From an uncultured virus (IMG/VR IMGVR_UViG_3300013132_000024) (Duplodnaviria; Heunggongvirae; Uroviricota; Caudoviricetes), in IMG/VR virus record IMGVR_UViG_3300013132_000024: 64,000 bases of DNA. One strand, written 5' to 3'. This document shows positions 9,189 through 18,009 of the stretch, in pieces; positions within the stretch are counted from its first letter, which is position 1, and the number at the start of each line of letters is the position of its first letter. The notes under the pieces are model-generated. The model was not told the origin of the DNA. It saw only the letters and a list, made by a program, of their open reading frames with translations, and searched no databases. Made by a program: the position numbers and the translations under genes.

Positions 9189-9968
9189 TCAGATTCGAGC
9201 TGCCTGAATCTGCATCCAATCATAATTTCTAGATCTACCTAAACTTAACCAACCTTCTTCTTCCCATATATCCCAAAATCTAGCACAATCTGATTTAGCT
9301 AATCTAGCTCTATCTCTTCCCCACTTTAATTGGTTTCTATCAGGATCAAAATCAATAGCAATACCCCATGAATGCATTGACCAAGCAGAACCACCGCGCA
9401 TCTTACGTACATTTAAACTACCACCAAATAAATCTAATCCCAATTTTCTACGAACATCAGCATCAGGATATGCATCAGCTATACGAGCAAAACAACGCTT
9501 TGCTGAATCGTGTACCTTTTCGTGTACTGATATTCTTCTAATTACTTTATCCGTATCCCAAGCTAATACCATTGGAAATGGTAATACTAACATTGTTTGA
9601 TTTTCACCAACTTTGCCGTAATATTTAGATACTCCAGATTGTGTAGGCCAAGCGTTCTTTTTAGCTTCCTGAAAATCTTTATCTTTCCAAGTTTCTACTT
9701 CTTTAACTTTCTCAGGATCTCCAGATTGTTTAGCTTCCCATACTTCTCTAGCATGTCTAGTTTGAGGGCCAACTAAACCATCTACTGTTCCTGCATTTAT
9801 TTTATTTGTCGAATAGATTGCTTGTTCGGCAGCTACAAGTAATCTATCTTTATTCCATGAAGCGGTTTTAAGCTTAGGATAAGCTCTTTTTAGATAAGAT
9901 TTTATTGCTTCTAATAAATCGTCTGTTGCCGATATTTTTAAAAATTGTTGAATTTCAGATACTTCCAT
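9189..9968 (-). CDS. Endolysin: peptidoglycan-binding segment plus M15 (L-Ala-D-Glu-type) peptidase
   Basis: VDGLVGPQT (PG-binding); R...SMHSWGIAIDF (SxHx6D); DWMQIQ. The usual distal His reads as Q here. Confidence 0.8.
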   Translation of the reverse strand: MEVSEIQQFLKISATDDLLEAIKSYLKRAYPKLKTASWNKDRLLVAAEQAIYSTNKINAGTVDGLVGPQTRHAREVWEAKQSGDPEKVKEVETWKDKDFQEAKKNAWPTQSGVSKYYGKVGENQTMLVLPFPMVLAWDTDKVIRRISVHEKVHDSAKRCFARIADAYPDADVRRKLGLDLFGGSLNVRKMRGGSAWSMHSWGIAIDFDPDRNQLKWGRDRARLAKSDCARFWDIWEEEGWLSLGRSRNYDWMQIQAARI

Positions 9969-9981
9969 GGGCGTTTCCTTT

Positions 9982-9989
9982 TATAAATA
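9982..9989 (+). promoter_or_regulatory. T4-type late promoter TATAAATA for the GIY-YIG endonuclease
   Basis: Exact consensus 21 nt upstream of GTG 10011; GGAG RBS at 10001-10004. Confidence 0.7.
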
Positions 9990-10010
9990 TAATAAAAATT
10001 GGAGTTTATT

Positions 10011-10586
10011 GTGTTTTGCACTTATTTAACAATTTATAGAGGAAATAAACTTCCTCCGTTTTATATAGGTTCTTGTAAATTAAGCAAGATAGAAAAAGGT
10101 TATCACGGTTCTGTTTCTTCTAAAATGTATAGTAAAATTTGGAATAAAGAACATAAAGAAAATCCAAATTTATTTATTACCAAAATTTTAACATATCATA
10201 AAATTGATACAGAAGCTAGAGAAAAAGAATTATATTTTCATATTTCTTTAAATGTTGTTAAATCTCCTATGTATATCAATATGTCTAGCGCTCGTAAAAA
10301 TGGATTTTTTGGTATGAATGTTTCTGGTTCTAATAATCCTATGTATGGTAAAAGCAGAAAAGAAAATCACCCTAAAGGTATGTTAGGCAAACATCATTCT
10401 ACTAAAACTAAACAATATATGTCTAAAATAAGAAAAGGCAAACAAACCGGTTCTAATAATCCTATGTACGGTAGAAAATGGACGTCTGAAACAAGATCTA
10501 TTATTCTATCTAAAAGAATAGGTGTTAAACGAGGTCCATATAAAACTAAGACTAAGAAATTCGTGAAAAATTCTGAACTTTCTTAA
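10011..10586 (+). mobile_element. Free-standing GIY-YIG (Seg-like) homing endonuclease with NUMOD3-type repeats
   Basis: CTYLTIY...FYIGS, YHGS; two GSNNPMYG repeats and GKHHSTKTK. Antisense to its neighbours; overlaps the gp46 3' end. Confidence 0.85.
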
Positions 10587-12258
10587 ATCTTATAACGTGT
10601 TCGAATTTTTCTACCATCTGTTCTTTATGAGAAATAATAAAAATGTTACTATGACTCATAATAGTTTTAATAGTATTCATAAATAATTCAGTAGAATTAC
10701 CGTCTAAAGAAGAATCTAATGTTTCATCAAATATTAATAAATTAGTGTTCATTGAATTTCTTAATTTAGATACTGCTCTCCAAGTAAACAATATTGCTAG
10801 ATTAATTTTTGACTTTTCACCTTCTGAAAACGACGCATAACTGAAATCGTCTCTATATCGTGACTTAATAGTTTCTTTAAACTCTTCGTTTAGTTCAAAT
10901 TGAACAAAAAAATCTAAGGCCGAAAGATATTTATTAATCAATTTATTAATGATCGGAACATATTGCTTAATAATCTTCGCTTTAATACCAGAATCTTTCA
11001 ATAAAGAAGAAGCTATAGATAATAATTCTTTTTCAGTATTAGAGTCTGATATTTCTTTTTCTATTACAACTAATTCTGTTTCTAAAGCTATCAGCTTATC
11101 TTTATCTTCTTGATTGTTTTTAACTTCTACAGAACGTACTTCTCTTTCTAACTCGTTTTTATAAGATTGTAAAGATTTTTCTTTAGTTTTTAATTCAGCT
11201 AACTCTACCTTTGTTTGAGATAGAACTATTCTGTTTATCTCATCGTCTTTTAATATTTCTTCACAAGATTTTAATGATTCTTCTAATTTATTTAGACCGT
11301 TTAACAATGCAACTAATTTTTCATTGTTCTCTGCTAATTTCTTAGCCTTAAAATCTTCATGAATGTCCTGTAAACATGTAGAACACTTGTTATTTTTATT
11401 ATAAAAATTTATCTCTTTAGTAGCATTATCTCTATTAAATTCGATGCCATACTTTAAATCATTAAGTATTTTATGTTTGTTTCTAATACTATCATTATTA
11501 GACAACATAACTTGTATGTTGTGTTGAAATTCTTCTTTTGTTTTTATTTTTTCTAATAAATCTTTAATATCTGTTCCACACTTTTCAATTCTTTCTTTTT
11601 TCTCGTTAATAAATTCTTGAGTAGAGTTCATCAATTTTGTTAAGTGATCTTTAACAATATATATCTTATCTTCAATACTTTTCTTAGAATTTATGGCTGT
11701 ATTGTTTCTATGCCCATTCATCATTATTCTGTTTTTCAACAACGAATTCATAGAAGTAAATATTTTGAGATCTAATAAATCTTCTATAACTTCTCTTCTT
11801 TCATAAGCTATCAATTGCATGAACGGTTTAAAAGTAGCTGATCCTAGAACAACCACTTGACAGAACGATTTAAAATTGACCTTTAGAATTTGAGTTTCTA
11901 GAGTAGCTTGATAATCTTTATTGTTAGCAGCTTTATTAATAAGTTCATCGTTTTTATATATTTCAAAAATTTTAGGAAGCAATCCACGAACAATCTTATA
12001 TTCTATAGAACCAACAGAAAATTCTATTTCTACTATAGTATTCTTTTTTGTTATAGAATTAACAAGCTGTGGTATATTAATAGGTCTGTAAGGTTTACCG
12101 AATAGACCAAAAGTAAGAGCGTCCAGGATCGTAGACTTACCAGAACCATTTTCACCAACGATTAGAGTAGTTCTGTTTCTTATAAGATCTATTTCGGTAA
12201 ATTGATTTCCTGTAGATAAAAAATTCTTATAACGCAGTTTCTTAAATATTATTGCCAT
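10552..12258 (-). CDS. gp46: Recombination endonuclease ATPase subunit (Rad50/SbcC-like)
   Basis: KNFLSTGN, GENGSGKST, CSTC hook, FSEGEK, FDETLDSSLD, ISH. Confidence 0.97.
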   Translation of the reverse strand: MAIIFKKLRYKNFLSTGNQFTEIDLIRNRTTLIVGENGSGKSTILDALTFGLFGKPYRPINIPQLVNSITKKNTIVEIEFSVGSIEYKIVRGLLPKIFEIYKNDELINKAANNKDYQATLETQILKVNFKSFCQVVVLGSATFKPFMQLIAYERREVIEDLLDLKIFTSMNSLLKNRIMMNGHRNNTAINSKKSIEDKIYIVKDHLTKLMNSTQEFINEKKERIEKCGTDIKDLLEKIKTKEEFQHNIQVMLSNNDSIRNKHKILNDLKYGIEFNRDNATKEINFYNKNNKCSTCLQDIHEDFKAKKLAENNEKLVALLNGLNKLEESLKSCEEILKDDEINRIVLSQTKVELAELKTKEKSLQSYKNELEREVRSVEVKNNQEDKDKLIALETELVVIEKEISDSNTEKELLSIASSLLKDSGIKAKIIKQYVPIINKLINKYLSALDFFVQFELNEEFKETIKSRYRDDFSYASFSEGEKSKINLAILFTWRAVSKLRNSMNTNLLIFDETLDSSLDGNSTELFMNTIKTIMSHSNIFIISHKEQMVEKFEHVIRFKKVQNFSRIS

Positions 12259-13304
12259 GTTTCTTCTAAACTCACTGCCTCAGTATATAAATCTACAATC
12301 AAATTCTCTAAAGATTCCTTAATAGAAGATTGTATCTCTAATTTTCCTATATATTTTCTAAAAATATCTAATGTAGATTCTGCTTCATCAATAATATTTG
12401 ATTCATCTTCCAAATGTAGATTTAGATGATCTTCTACTATTTGTAATTCTACAGGATTAGCCGCTTCTAATTCTGCTATAAAATTGTCGAATTTATATGG
12501 ATCCTCTTTAGATTGAATCACTACTTTAATTATAGAAGTATTTACATTATCAGGAATTACTGGTGTTATACTATCCTTGTAAAATATTTTATGAAATACT
12601 CTATATGGATTTTCTATAAAAGTCAATTCTCTTGTTTGTGTATCAAATATATGAAATCCTCTTGGATCATTATAATCTGACCAAGTAAATTCTGCGTGTG
12701 CACCTAAATACCAAATATTTTTAGCATGACTTCTAGTATGATAATGTCCAGACATAACCATATCAAATTTTTGAACCATAGAAGGCGAATCACCGTATTC
12801 AGAAGGCATTCCTTTATACATAGGAAATTTTTCAATTTCAAAATGCCCCATACATATTTGAGCTGTAGTATTATCTATACATTCAAGAATATTTCCTCTA
12901 TTATTATCACATATCCAAGGCACCAATAACATATTTAATCCATCAAAAGTTACTTCTAATGGATCGTTATCTATAATATGAAATGGTTCTAATACTAATT
13001 CTTGTAAAGCATTAATCTTATTAGTATTTTTATAAAAACAATCATGATTACCAGCTATAATATATACATTCATACCCCTTTCTTTTAGAGGATCAAGAAA
13101 ATCCTGACGAACACGAGTTGCTGTTAGAATATTTACATATTTTCTACGATCTACTAAATCTCCTAAATGAATAATCGTGTTTATGTTTTGTTTCTCTAAT
13201 TCTGGGAAAAAAACTGTATCCAAGAATTTTTTATTTAGATCTAAAAATAACGTACTATCGTTTCTAACCCCCCAATGCGTATCAGTAATTAATGCTATTT
13301 TCAT
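12249..13304 (-). CDS. gp47: Recombination endonuclease nuclease subunit (Mre11/SbcD-like)
   Basis: TDTHWG, LGDLVD, GNHD, GHF, SGHYH. Confidence 0.97.
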   Translation of the reverse strand: MKIALITDTHWGVRNDSTLFLDLNKKFLDTVFFPELEKQNINTIIHLGDLVDRRKYVNILTATRVRQDFLDPLKERGMNVYIIAGNHDCFYKNTNKINALQELVLEPFHIIDNDPLEVTFDGLNMLLVPWICDNNRGNILECIDNTTAQICMGHFEIEKFPMYKGMPSEYGDSPSMVQKFDMVMSGHYHTRSHAKNIWYLGAHAEFTWSDYNDPRGFHIFDTQTRELTFIENPYRVFHKIFYKDSITPVIPDNVNTSIIKVVIQSKEDPYKFDNFIAELEAANPVELQIVEDHLNLHLEDESNIIDEAESTLDIFRKYIGKLEIQSSIKESLENLIVDLYTEAVSLEETWQ

Positions 13305-13537
13305 ATATCACTAGCCTGCCTTTGTTTTCTATCAGAAGATTGTTTACTCCTTATTTGAGATAAAGGAATTGGTTGATCAGAAACAGCTATAACATTCCAT
13401 AATCCACTTTCTCCTTTTAATTCAACTTTATTGCCTTTTTTTGCGCCATAAACAGGAATATAAGCAACTTCTATTAATATACTACCATCTTCTAATTGTT
13501 GATTTAATCTACATTGTACATATAATTCTTCTTTCAT
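13301..13537 (-). CDS. Hypothetical protein
   Basis: GGAG RBS; ATGA overlap with gp47. Confidence 0.6.
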   Translation of the reverse strand: MKEELYVQCRLNQQLEDGSILIEVAYIPVYGAKKGNKVELKGESGLWNVIAVSDQPIPLSQIRSKQSSDRKQRQASDI

Positions 13538-13705
13538 TTATCTTTTTTTCTCCAAATTGTACACCAATAAAGCTTTTTCTATTGCAGTTTTCGTTTCTTC
13601 TAGATATCCTGCATAATTTTCTTTTATAAAGATTGAAGAAGACTTATCATTAAGCTTTTCTATCCATTGTATTACAATGGGCGCGACAAAATGTTTTTTA
13701 TTCAT
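13538..13705 (-). CDS. 55-aa hypothetical protein (not in the ORF track)
   Basis: MNKKHFVAPIVIQWIEKLNDK...NLEKKR*; fills the gap after gp55, and its TAA abuts the next ATG. Confidence 0.6.
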   Translation of the reverse strand: MNKKHFVAPIVIQWIEKLNDKSSSIFIKENYAGYLEETKTAIEKALLVYNLEKKR

Positions 13706-14204
13706 TTTCAGTTTCCTTTATTATATTCTCTTTTTTATTTTTAATCAAGTTGCTTTCAAATATTCTTATGATATCATCTGAATACTCATTTTTAAGTTCT
13801 TTATTATGACTAAACTCAGACATATCATTTAACATAGTTATTTGAAAATTTTTATGCTTAATATAAGATTGTTTCTTTTCTTTATGGATACGCCTTACAA
13901 AAGCATTCCAAGCTATTTGTGTAAAATATGCGAATGGGTTATTTGTTTTATTAGGATCAAAATTATCTATTGCTGCTAAACAATCTACTAATCCATCGCT
14001 TATCATCTCATCTCTATATGTATAACCACCAAAGTTTGATTTAGTAGATAAGTTTTTACATATAAAATATATAGATTCACCAATATAATTAGATACTAAT
14101 GGTTTTGGTTTGTTTAATTCTATACATTCTTGCGTTTTTTGTTTGTGTAAAATCATATTTTCATAAAGCGTTCTATTGTTTATATAATTCCTTGGTTTTT
14201 TCAT
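13698..14204 (-). CDS. gp55: Sigma factor for late transcription
   Basis: NYINN, NFGGYTYRDEMISDG, NPFAYFTQIAWNAFVRRI. Confidence 0.95.
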   Translation of the reverse strand: MKKPRNYINNRTLYENMILHKQKTQECIELNKPKPLVSNYIGESIYFICKNLSTKSNFGGYTYRDEMISDGLVDCLAAIDNFDPNKTNNPFAYFTQIAWNAFVRRIHKEKKQSYIKHKNFQITMLNDMSEFSHNKELKNEYSDDIIRIFESNLIKNKKENIIKETENE

Positions 14205-14213
14205 AAATTTACC

Positions 14214-14242
14214 TTTACTTCCTTTAAAAACATCAGTATAAT
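14214..14242 (+). promoter_or_regulatory. Sigma70-type promoter pointing antisense into uvsW
   Basis: TTTACT(14214-19)-N17-TATAAT(14237-42); the same hexamers occur at 16623 and 35743. Confidence 0.55.
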
Positions 14243-14273
14243 AACATTGTTGTTTATGTCCTCCTGGATGATA

Positions 14274-15176
14274 TTATATTCTTAGTTGTACTTTATAGTT
14301 TTTGTATACAAATTTCTCTTCATTATATATTTTTATTCTTTCCATAAAATGTGTCAAAGTAGTATTCTTCTTTTCTCTCCAAGTTAAATCATCAGAAATA
14401 TCGTATAATGTTGATACCATATTCTTCGTAGATAATCTTAATAATCTACCAATAGATTGTAAAGTATTAACTCTAGCTTTTGAAGGGGAAGCAAATATAG
14501 CATTATGTAATTCAGGAATATTCGTTCCAGTTGACATAGTTCCTTCTGATGCTATTGTAATAGATTTTTTATGTGAATTAATTTTTAATCTTATTTCTTC
14601 TCTAGTATTACCATCTACTTTACCATGTATATAATATACTGGACAATCTGGATTAGCACTCTTTATAAGATTATATAATTTATCTCCATGTTTCTCAATA
14701 TATCTGAAAAGAACTATGGTATTTCCTTCTAATGATAATGCTAAATTAGCTATAAATTGATTTCTCTTGTCACAGTCAAAAAGAAAATTTCTTTCGTCTT
14801 CGTACTTTAATTTAGAAACCATTTTTCTTACATCATCAGGATACGATAAAACTATATTTTTAATTTTAAAATCAGCAGCATATTTCTGTTCAATCATTTC
14901 ATGAGTTGTTATAATTTTTTCTACTTTACCGAATAGTCCTTCTAGAACTAATTTATTAGTTTGAGAACCATCTAAAGTACCAGTAGTACCATATCTATAT
15001 TCAGTAGTTTTTAATTTTTCCATTATAGAAATTAGAGATTTTGCTTTAAACTTATGCGCTTCGTCTCCAATAACAACCTCAATATCTTTAAAGAAATTTT
15101 CTGGTTGTTGATATATAGATTGCCATGTTGTACAAATTAACTTTGGTATTTTGTGTTCGATTTTAATTATTTTCAT
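14274..15176 (-). CDS. uvsW: UvsW SF2 helicase, C-terminal part (split gene)
   Basis: TTWQS, DEAH, GTTGT, QSIGRLLR, YDISDD; preceded by 9 extra residues MKIIKIEHK. Confidence 0.92.
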   Translation of the reverse strand: MKIIKIEHKIPKLICTTWQSIYQQPENFFKDIEVVIGDEAHKFKAKSLISIMEKLKTTEYRYGTTGTLDGSQTNKLVLEGLFGKVEKIITTHEMIEQKYAADFKIKNIVLSYPDDVRKMVSKLKYEDERNFLFDCDKRNQFIANLALSLEGNTIVLFRYIEKHGDKLYNLIKSANPDCPVYYIHGKVDGNTREEIRLKINSHKKSITIASEGTMSTGTNIPELHNAIFASPSKARVNTLQSIGRLLRLSTKNMVSTLYDISDDLTWREKKNTTLTHFMERIKIYNEEKFVYKNYKVQLRI

Positions 15177-15315
15177 TTGTTTCTTTCTTTAAAATCAAAT
15201 TCGCCATTTTTCCTTTTTTGGTATTCTACCAGAAAGAATATAGTTAAAAATAGATATAGACCAATTGTTTAGATTACAATTTTTTTAACTGGCAAATTAG
15301 GCAAATCAATCCATG

Positions 15316-15460
15316 TTATTCCGTATTTGAACCGTTTAAAGATCTAGATATTATATGATGTTTTTCAGAATATTGTTCTAAAGATATAGGATTTTTTATT
15401 CTATTGATTATAATATTTCTATATCATTTAAAATACTTATTGGTTATAATATTTGTGTAA
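15316..15460 (-). pseudogene. Decayed HNH homing endonuclease (Mob-like) remnant
   Basis: Manual translation: DGYTNIITNKYFK*YRNIIINRIKNPISLEQYSEKHHIISRSLNGSNTE*; TGA at 15424-26 sits where Trp is expected. Confidence 0.75.
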
Positions 15461-16165
15461 CCATCTATCGTCAATTTCGTCATTAATAGTAATATCCTTT
15501 GCTTTCTTATATAAAATATCACTGTTTAGTATTTTTATATTTACATTGCCGTCAAATATATATTCTTTGCCTAAATCTGAAATTATATGTACTTTTAATG
15601 GTTCTTTTTCTTGTCCAGCGTATATTTTATACATATTATTAGTATCTTCGTATCCATAAGATATGAAATCAGAGTACATTTGATGTATAAGGTTTAAATT
15701 CGGAACAACTAACAAAGTTCTTTTATTTAGATATCTGTAAATAAGGTATATAATCAAAGATTTACCAGAAGCCGTTGGAGATAAAAGAAGCTTTCTTTTA
15801 TCTCTTATAGAGTGTATAAAAGCTTTTAACTGATAATCTCTAGGTTCAAACGGAAGATTTAGTGAATTTATAAATTGTTTAGCTTCTTTTACAGAAAATT
15901 CATTAGCAGAAATATCTGTAATATACGAAATATCATACTTTTTTTCTTGTGCAAATTCTTCTATATACGGCAGCAAGCCCGCATATACTAAGTTTGTTAA
16001 AGGATTAAAAAGGTAGATATCTCCATTCCATTTTTTATTTTTATAAGCAGGAGTAAATTGATATCCAGGAACTTTAAATGTAAAACGATCTTTTAATTCA
16101 TACAAAATATGAGGTTCAGCATATACTTTAATATGTACTTCGTTTATTTTTTCTATATTTAACAT
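15437..16165 (-). CDS. uvsW: UvsW helicase, N-terminal part (split gene) with a 54-aa non-helicase C-terminal tail
   Basis: FTFKVPGYQF, PRDYQ, SPTASGKS (Walker A), LLVVP, KIYAGQEK. Confidence 0.92.
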   Translation of the reverse strand: MLNIEKINEVHIKVYAEPHILYELKDRFTFKVPGYQFTPAYKNKKWNGDIYLFNPLTNLVYAGLLPYIEEFAQEKKYDISYITDISANEFSVKEAKQFINSLNLPFEPRDYQLKAFIHSIRDKRKLLLSPTASGKSLIIYLIYRYLNKRTLLVVPNLNLIHQMYSDFISYGYEDTNNMYKIYAGQEKEPLKVHIISDLGKEYIFDGNVNIKILNSDILYKKAKDITINDEIDDRWLHKYYNQ

Positions 16166-16599
16166 TATCCTCCCATTGTAAATCTAGCCCAATCTATACC
16201 GTTTTTAATGATATAACCTCTATTCATTATAGTTCTGATAATTGATTCTAGAAATTCTAATTTTTCTTGTTGAAGCCCTATTTTTAGAGAAAGATTAATT
16301 ATATCCTTATCTGCATCTAAATAAAGAGGAATATCAGATTTTAAAATCATTCCTTTAGCTGGTAAAACCCAACCTTTATTACGTGTTTCTTCGTTATGTC
16401 CATCTTTATAAAACTCATATTTTTGGAGTTTTAATTCTTTCATAAATGCTTCATATTTTTTTAGAAGCAATCTTTCTTGTATTAATATTTGGTAATATTT
16501 TTGATGAAGTTTAGGAATTTTAAGAGATTCTTCACCTAATTCTGTTTTATCTATATTAGAATCTATAGCCCATAGTTCTACAATTTGTTCTATGTTCAT
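16165..16599 (-). CDS. uvsY: Recombination mediator UvsY
   Basis: W..DS.ID..ELGEESLKIPKLHQKY, NRGYIIKNGIDW; synteny gp3-uvsY-uvsW. Confidence 0.9.
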   Translation of the reverse strand: MNIEQIVELWAIDSNIDKTELGEESLKIPKLHQKYYQILIQERLLLKKYEAFMKELKLQKYEFYKDGHNEETRNKGWVLPAKGMILKSDIPLYLDADKDIINLSLKIGLQQEKLEFLESIIRTIMNRGYIIKNGIDWARFTMGG

Positions 16600-16622
16600 A
16601 ATAACCTCACGAATAAAAGATT

Positions 16623-16651
16623 ATTATAATACATATTTGATAATAAGTAAA
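16623..16651 (-). promoter_or_regulatory. Sigma70-type promoter of uvsY-uvsW
   Basis: TTTACT(16651-46)-N17-TATAAT(16628-23), followed by a GAGG RBS and the uvsY ATG. Confidence 0.7.
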
Positions 16652-16654
16652 GTC

Positions 16655-17176
16655 TTATAAACTCGTGATTTTATAGTGTGTGTATTTGAAAGCTGCTTCT
16701 ACAGTTAAATATTTTACATCTAAATCAACAGTATTTAATGTTAAATCGCCTAGACGTATTGGAAAAGCATCAATAAATGTTATTTCATAATTGATCATTT
16801 TGTTATTATTTTGTATTAATAATGAAACATCAGAATATATACCATCACCAGTATATTGTGGATGATTTTGTATTTCTTTATATTGTTCAAAAGATTCAGG
16901 TTTACCATATGCTATTATCCAGTTCCAAATTTCTAGATAATTTATAAGATCTTCATCAACTTTATATACTATGTTTAATTCTCCAAAAGTAACATGTTCA
17001 CCAGTATAAGGTGCTACGACAAAAGGATTACCTACATCTACAGATTTAACAAATATTGAAGGAAGATTTATCTTTTGTATGAAAAAATTAACAGAAGGAG
17101 CCTTTTTAATCTTAAATTCGAAATTAAGTTGTGATAAAAAGTTTCTGTTTTCTGGTATGTTTGATAATACTGTCAT
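16655..17176 (-). CDS. gp3: Tail completion / sheath stabilizer protein
   Basis: NRNFLS, FFIQKINLP, VDEDLINYLEIWNW, DAFP. Confidence 0.88.
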   Translation of the reverse strand: MTVLSNIPENRNFLSQLNFEFKIKKAPSVNFFIQKINLPSIFVKSVDVGNPFVVAPYTGEHVTFGELNIVYKVDEDLINYLEIWNWIIAYGKPESFEQYKEIQNHPQYTGDGIYSDVSLLIQNNNKMINYEITFIDAFPIRLGDLTLNTVDLDVKYLTVEAAFKYTHYKITSL

Positions 17177-18009
17177 TAATAGACTACTTTCGGTTTATTT
17201 ACTATTGTATATTTATTAATTAAAGGATGTATAGTTTCTTCTACTTTCTTTTTATTTTCTGGTGTTAATTTATCATACCAATCCGGTATAGTTCGTTCTT
17301 CTGAATCTAAACCATGATCAGAAATTATTGCTAATTTATCTCTAAAATTATTATTTCTATAATGATATAATCTATGTCTTATTGGCAATTCAGTATAACT
17401 TCCTGTTTGAGAAATAGATTTATTGTTTCTTAAAAATATTCTTTCTATTTCATGTCTTTTTTGTGCAGTAAAAGCAGATAATTCTCTCTTAGAATTATAA
17501 TATCCTGTTGGATCTGATTGATCGTCGTATTCTGGATCTTGTTCAATGGCTTTGCCATGATAATCTACTAAATGTTGAAACTCATGTCTAAACGCACCAT
17601 AATGATTGTTTAATGAATCTAAAAATTTTCTATGTGTTACTTCAATATGATCGTTAGGATCAGGTTCATGTATTCTATTTAATAATATAAAATGTTGTCT
17701 GTTTTTTACTATATCTCTTTTAGAATTTGGTGTTTGTCTATATTCTGCTTCATTAACACTATCAGTTTTTCCTAAAAATATGCTAGATTTACTATATTTT
17801 CTTTTTAAACTTTTGTTTATAGGAAGATCTTGTATACGAACACCAAAGTGATTGTAATCAAAATTGTTAATTTTTCCTGTTTTTAAAAGCCTCTTAAAAT
17901 TATCAGGATCTCTTAAATGTTGTTTAAGACCCATCCAAATTAATTTAGAATCAGTATCATGTATACTATTATTATTATATTTAATTTGTTCTAATATTTT
18001 ACGAAACAT
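17176..18009 (-). CDS. Putative internal head protein with a zincin-like HExxH motif
   Basis: N-terminus MFRKILE; RHEFQHLVD...YYNSKRELSA. Confidence 0.55.
   Translation of the reverse strand: MFRKILEQIKYNNNSIHDTDSKLIWMGLKQHLRDPDNFKRLLKTGKINNFDYNHFGVRIQDLPINKSLKRKYSKSSIFLGKTDSVNEAEYRQTPNSKRDIVKNRQHFILLNRIHEPDPNDHIEVTHRKFLDSLNNHYGAFRHEFQHLVDYHGKAIEQDPEYDDQSDPTGYYNSKRELSAFTAQKRHEIERIFLRNNKSISQTGSYTELPIRHRLYHYRNNNFRDKLAIISDHGLDSEERTIPDWYDKLTPENKKKVEETIHPLINKYTIVNKPKVVY

Noticed and set aside
15150..15601. Group I intron or gene-60-like ribosomal bypass explaining the uvsW gap
   Set aside because: I could not find group I core pairings or a take-off hairpin. The gap reads as an HNH remnant and both halves have protein-like extensions. 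Not formally excluded without RT-PCR or Infernal.
15150..15601. Functional trans-splicing split intein in uvsW
   Set aside because: There is no N-terminal Cys/Ser block A, no TxxH, and no (H)N followed by C/S/T at the C-junction.
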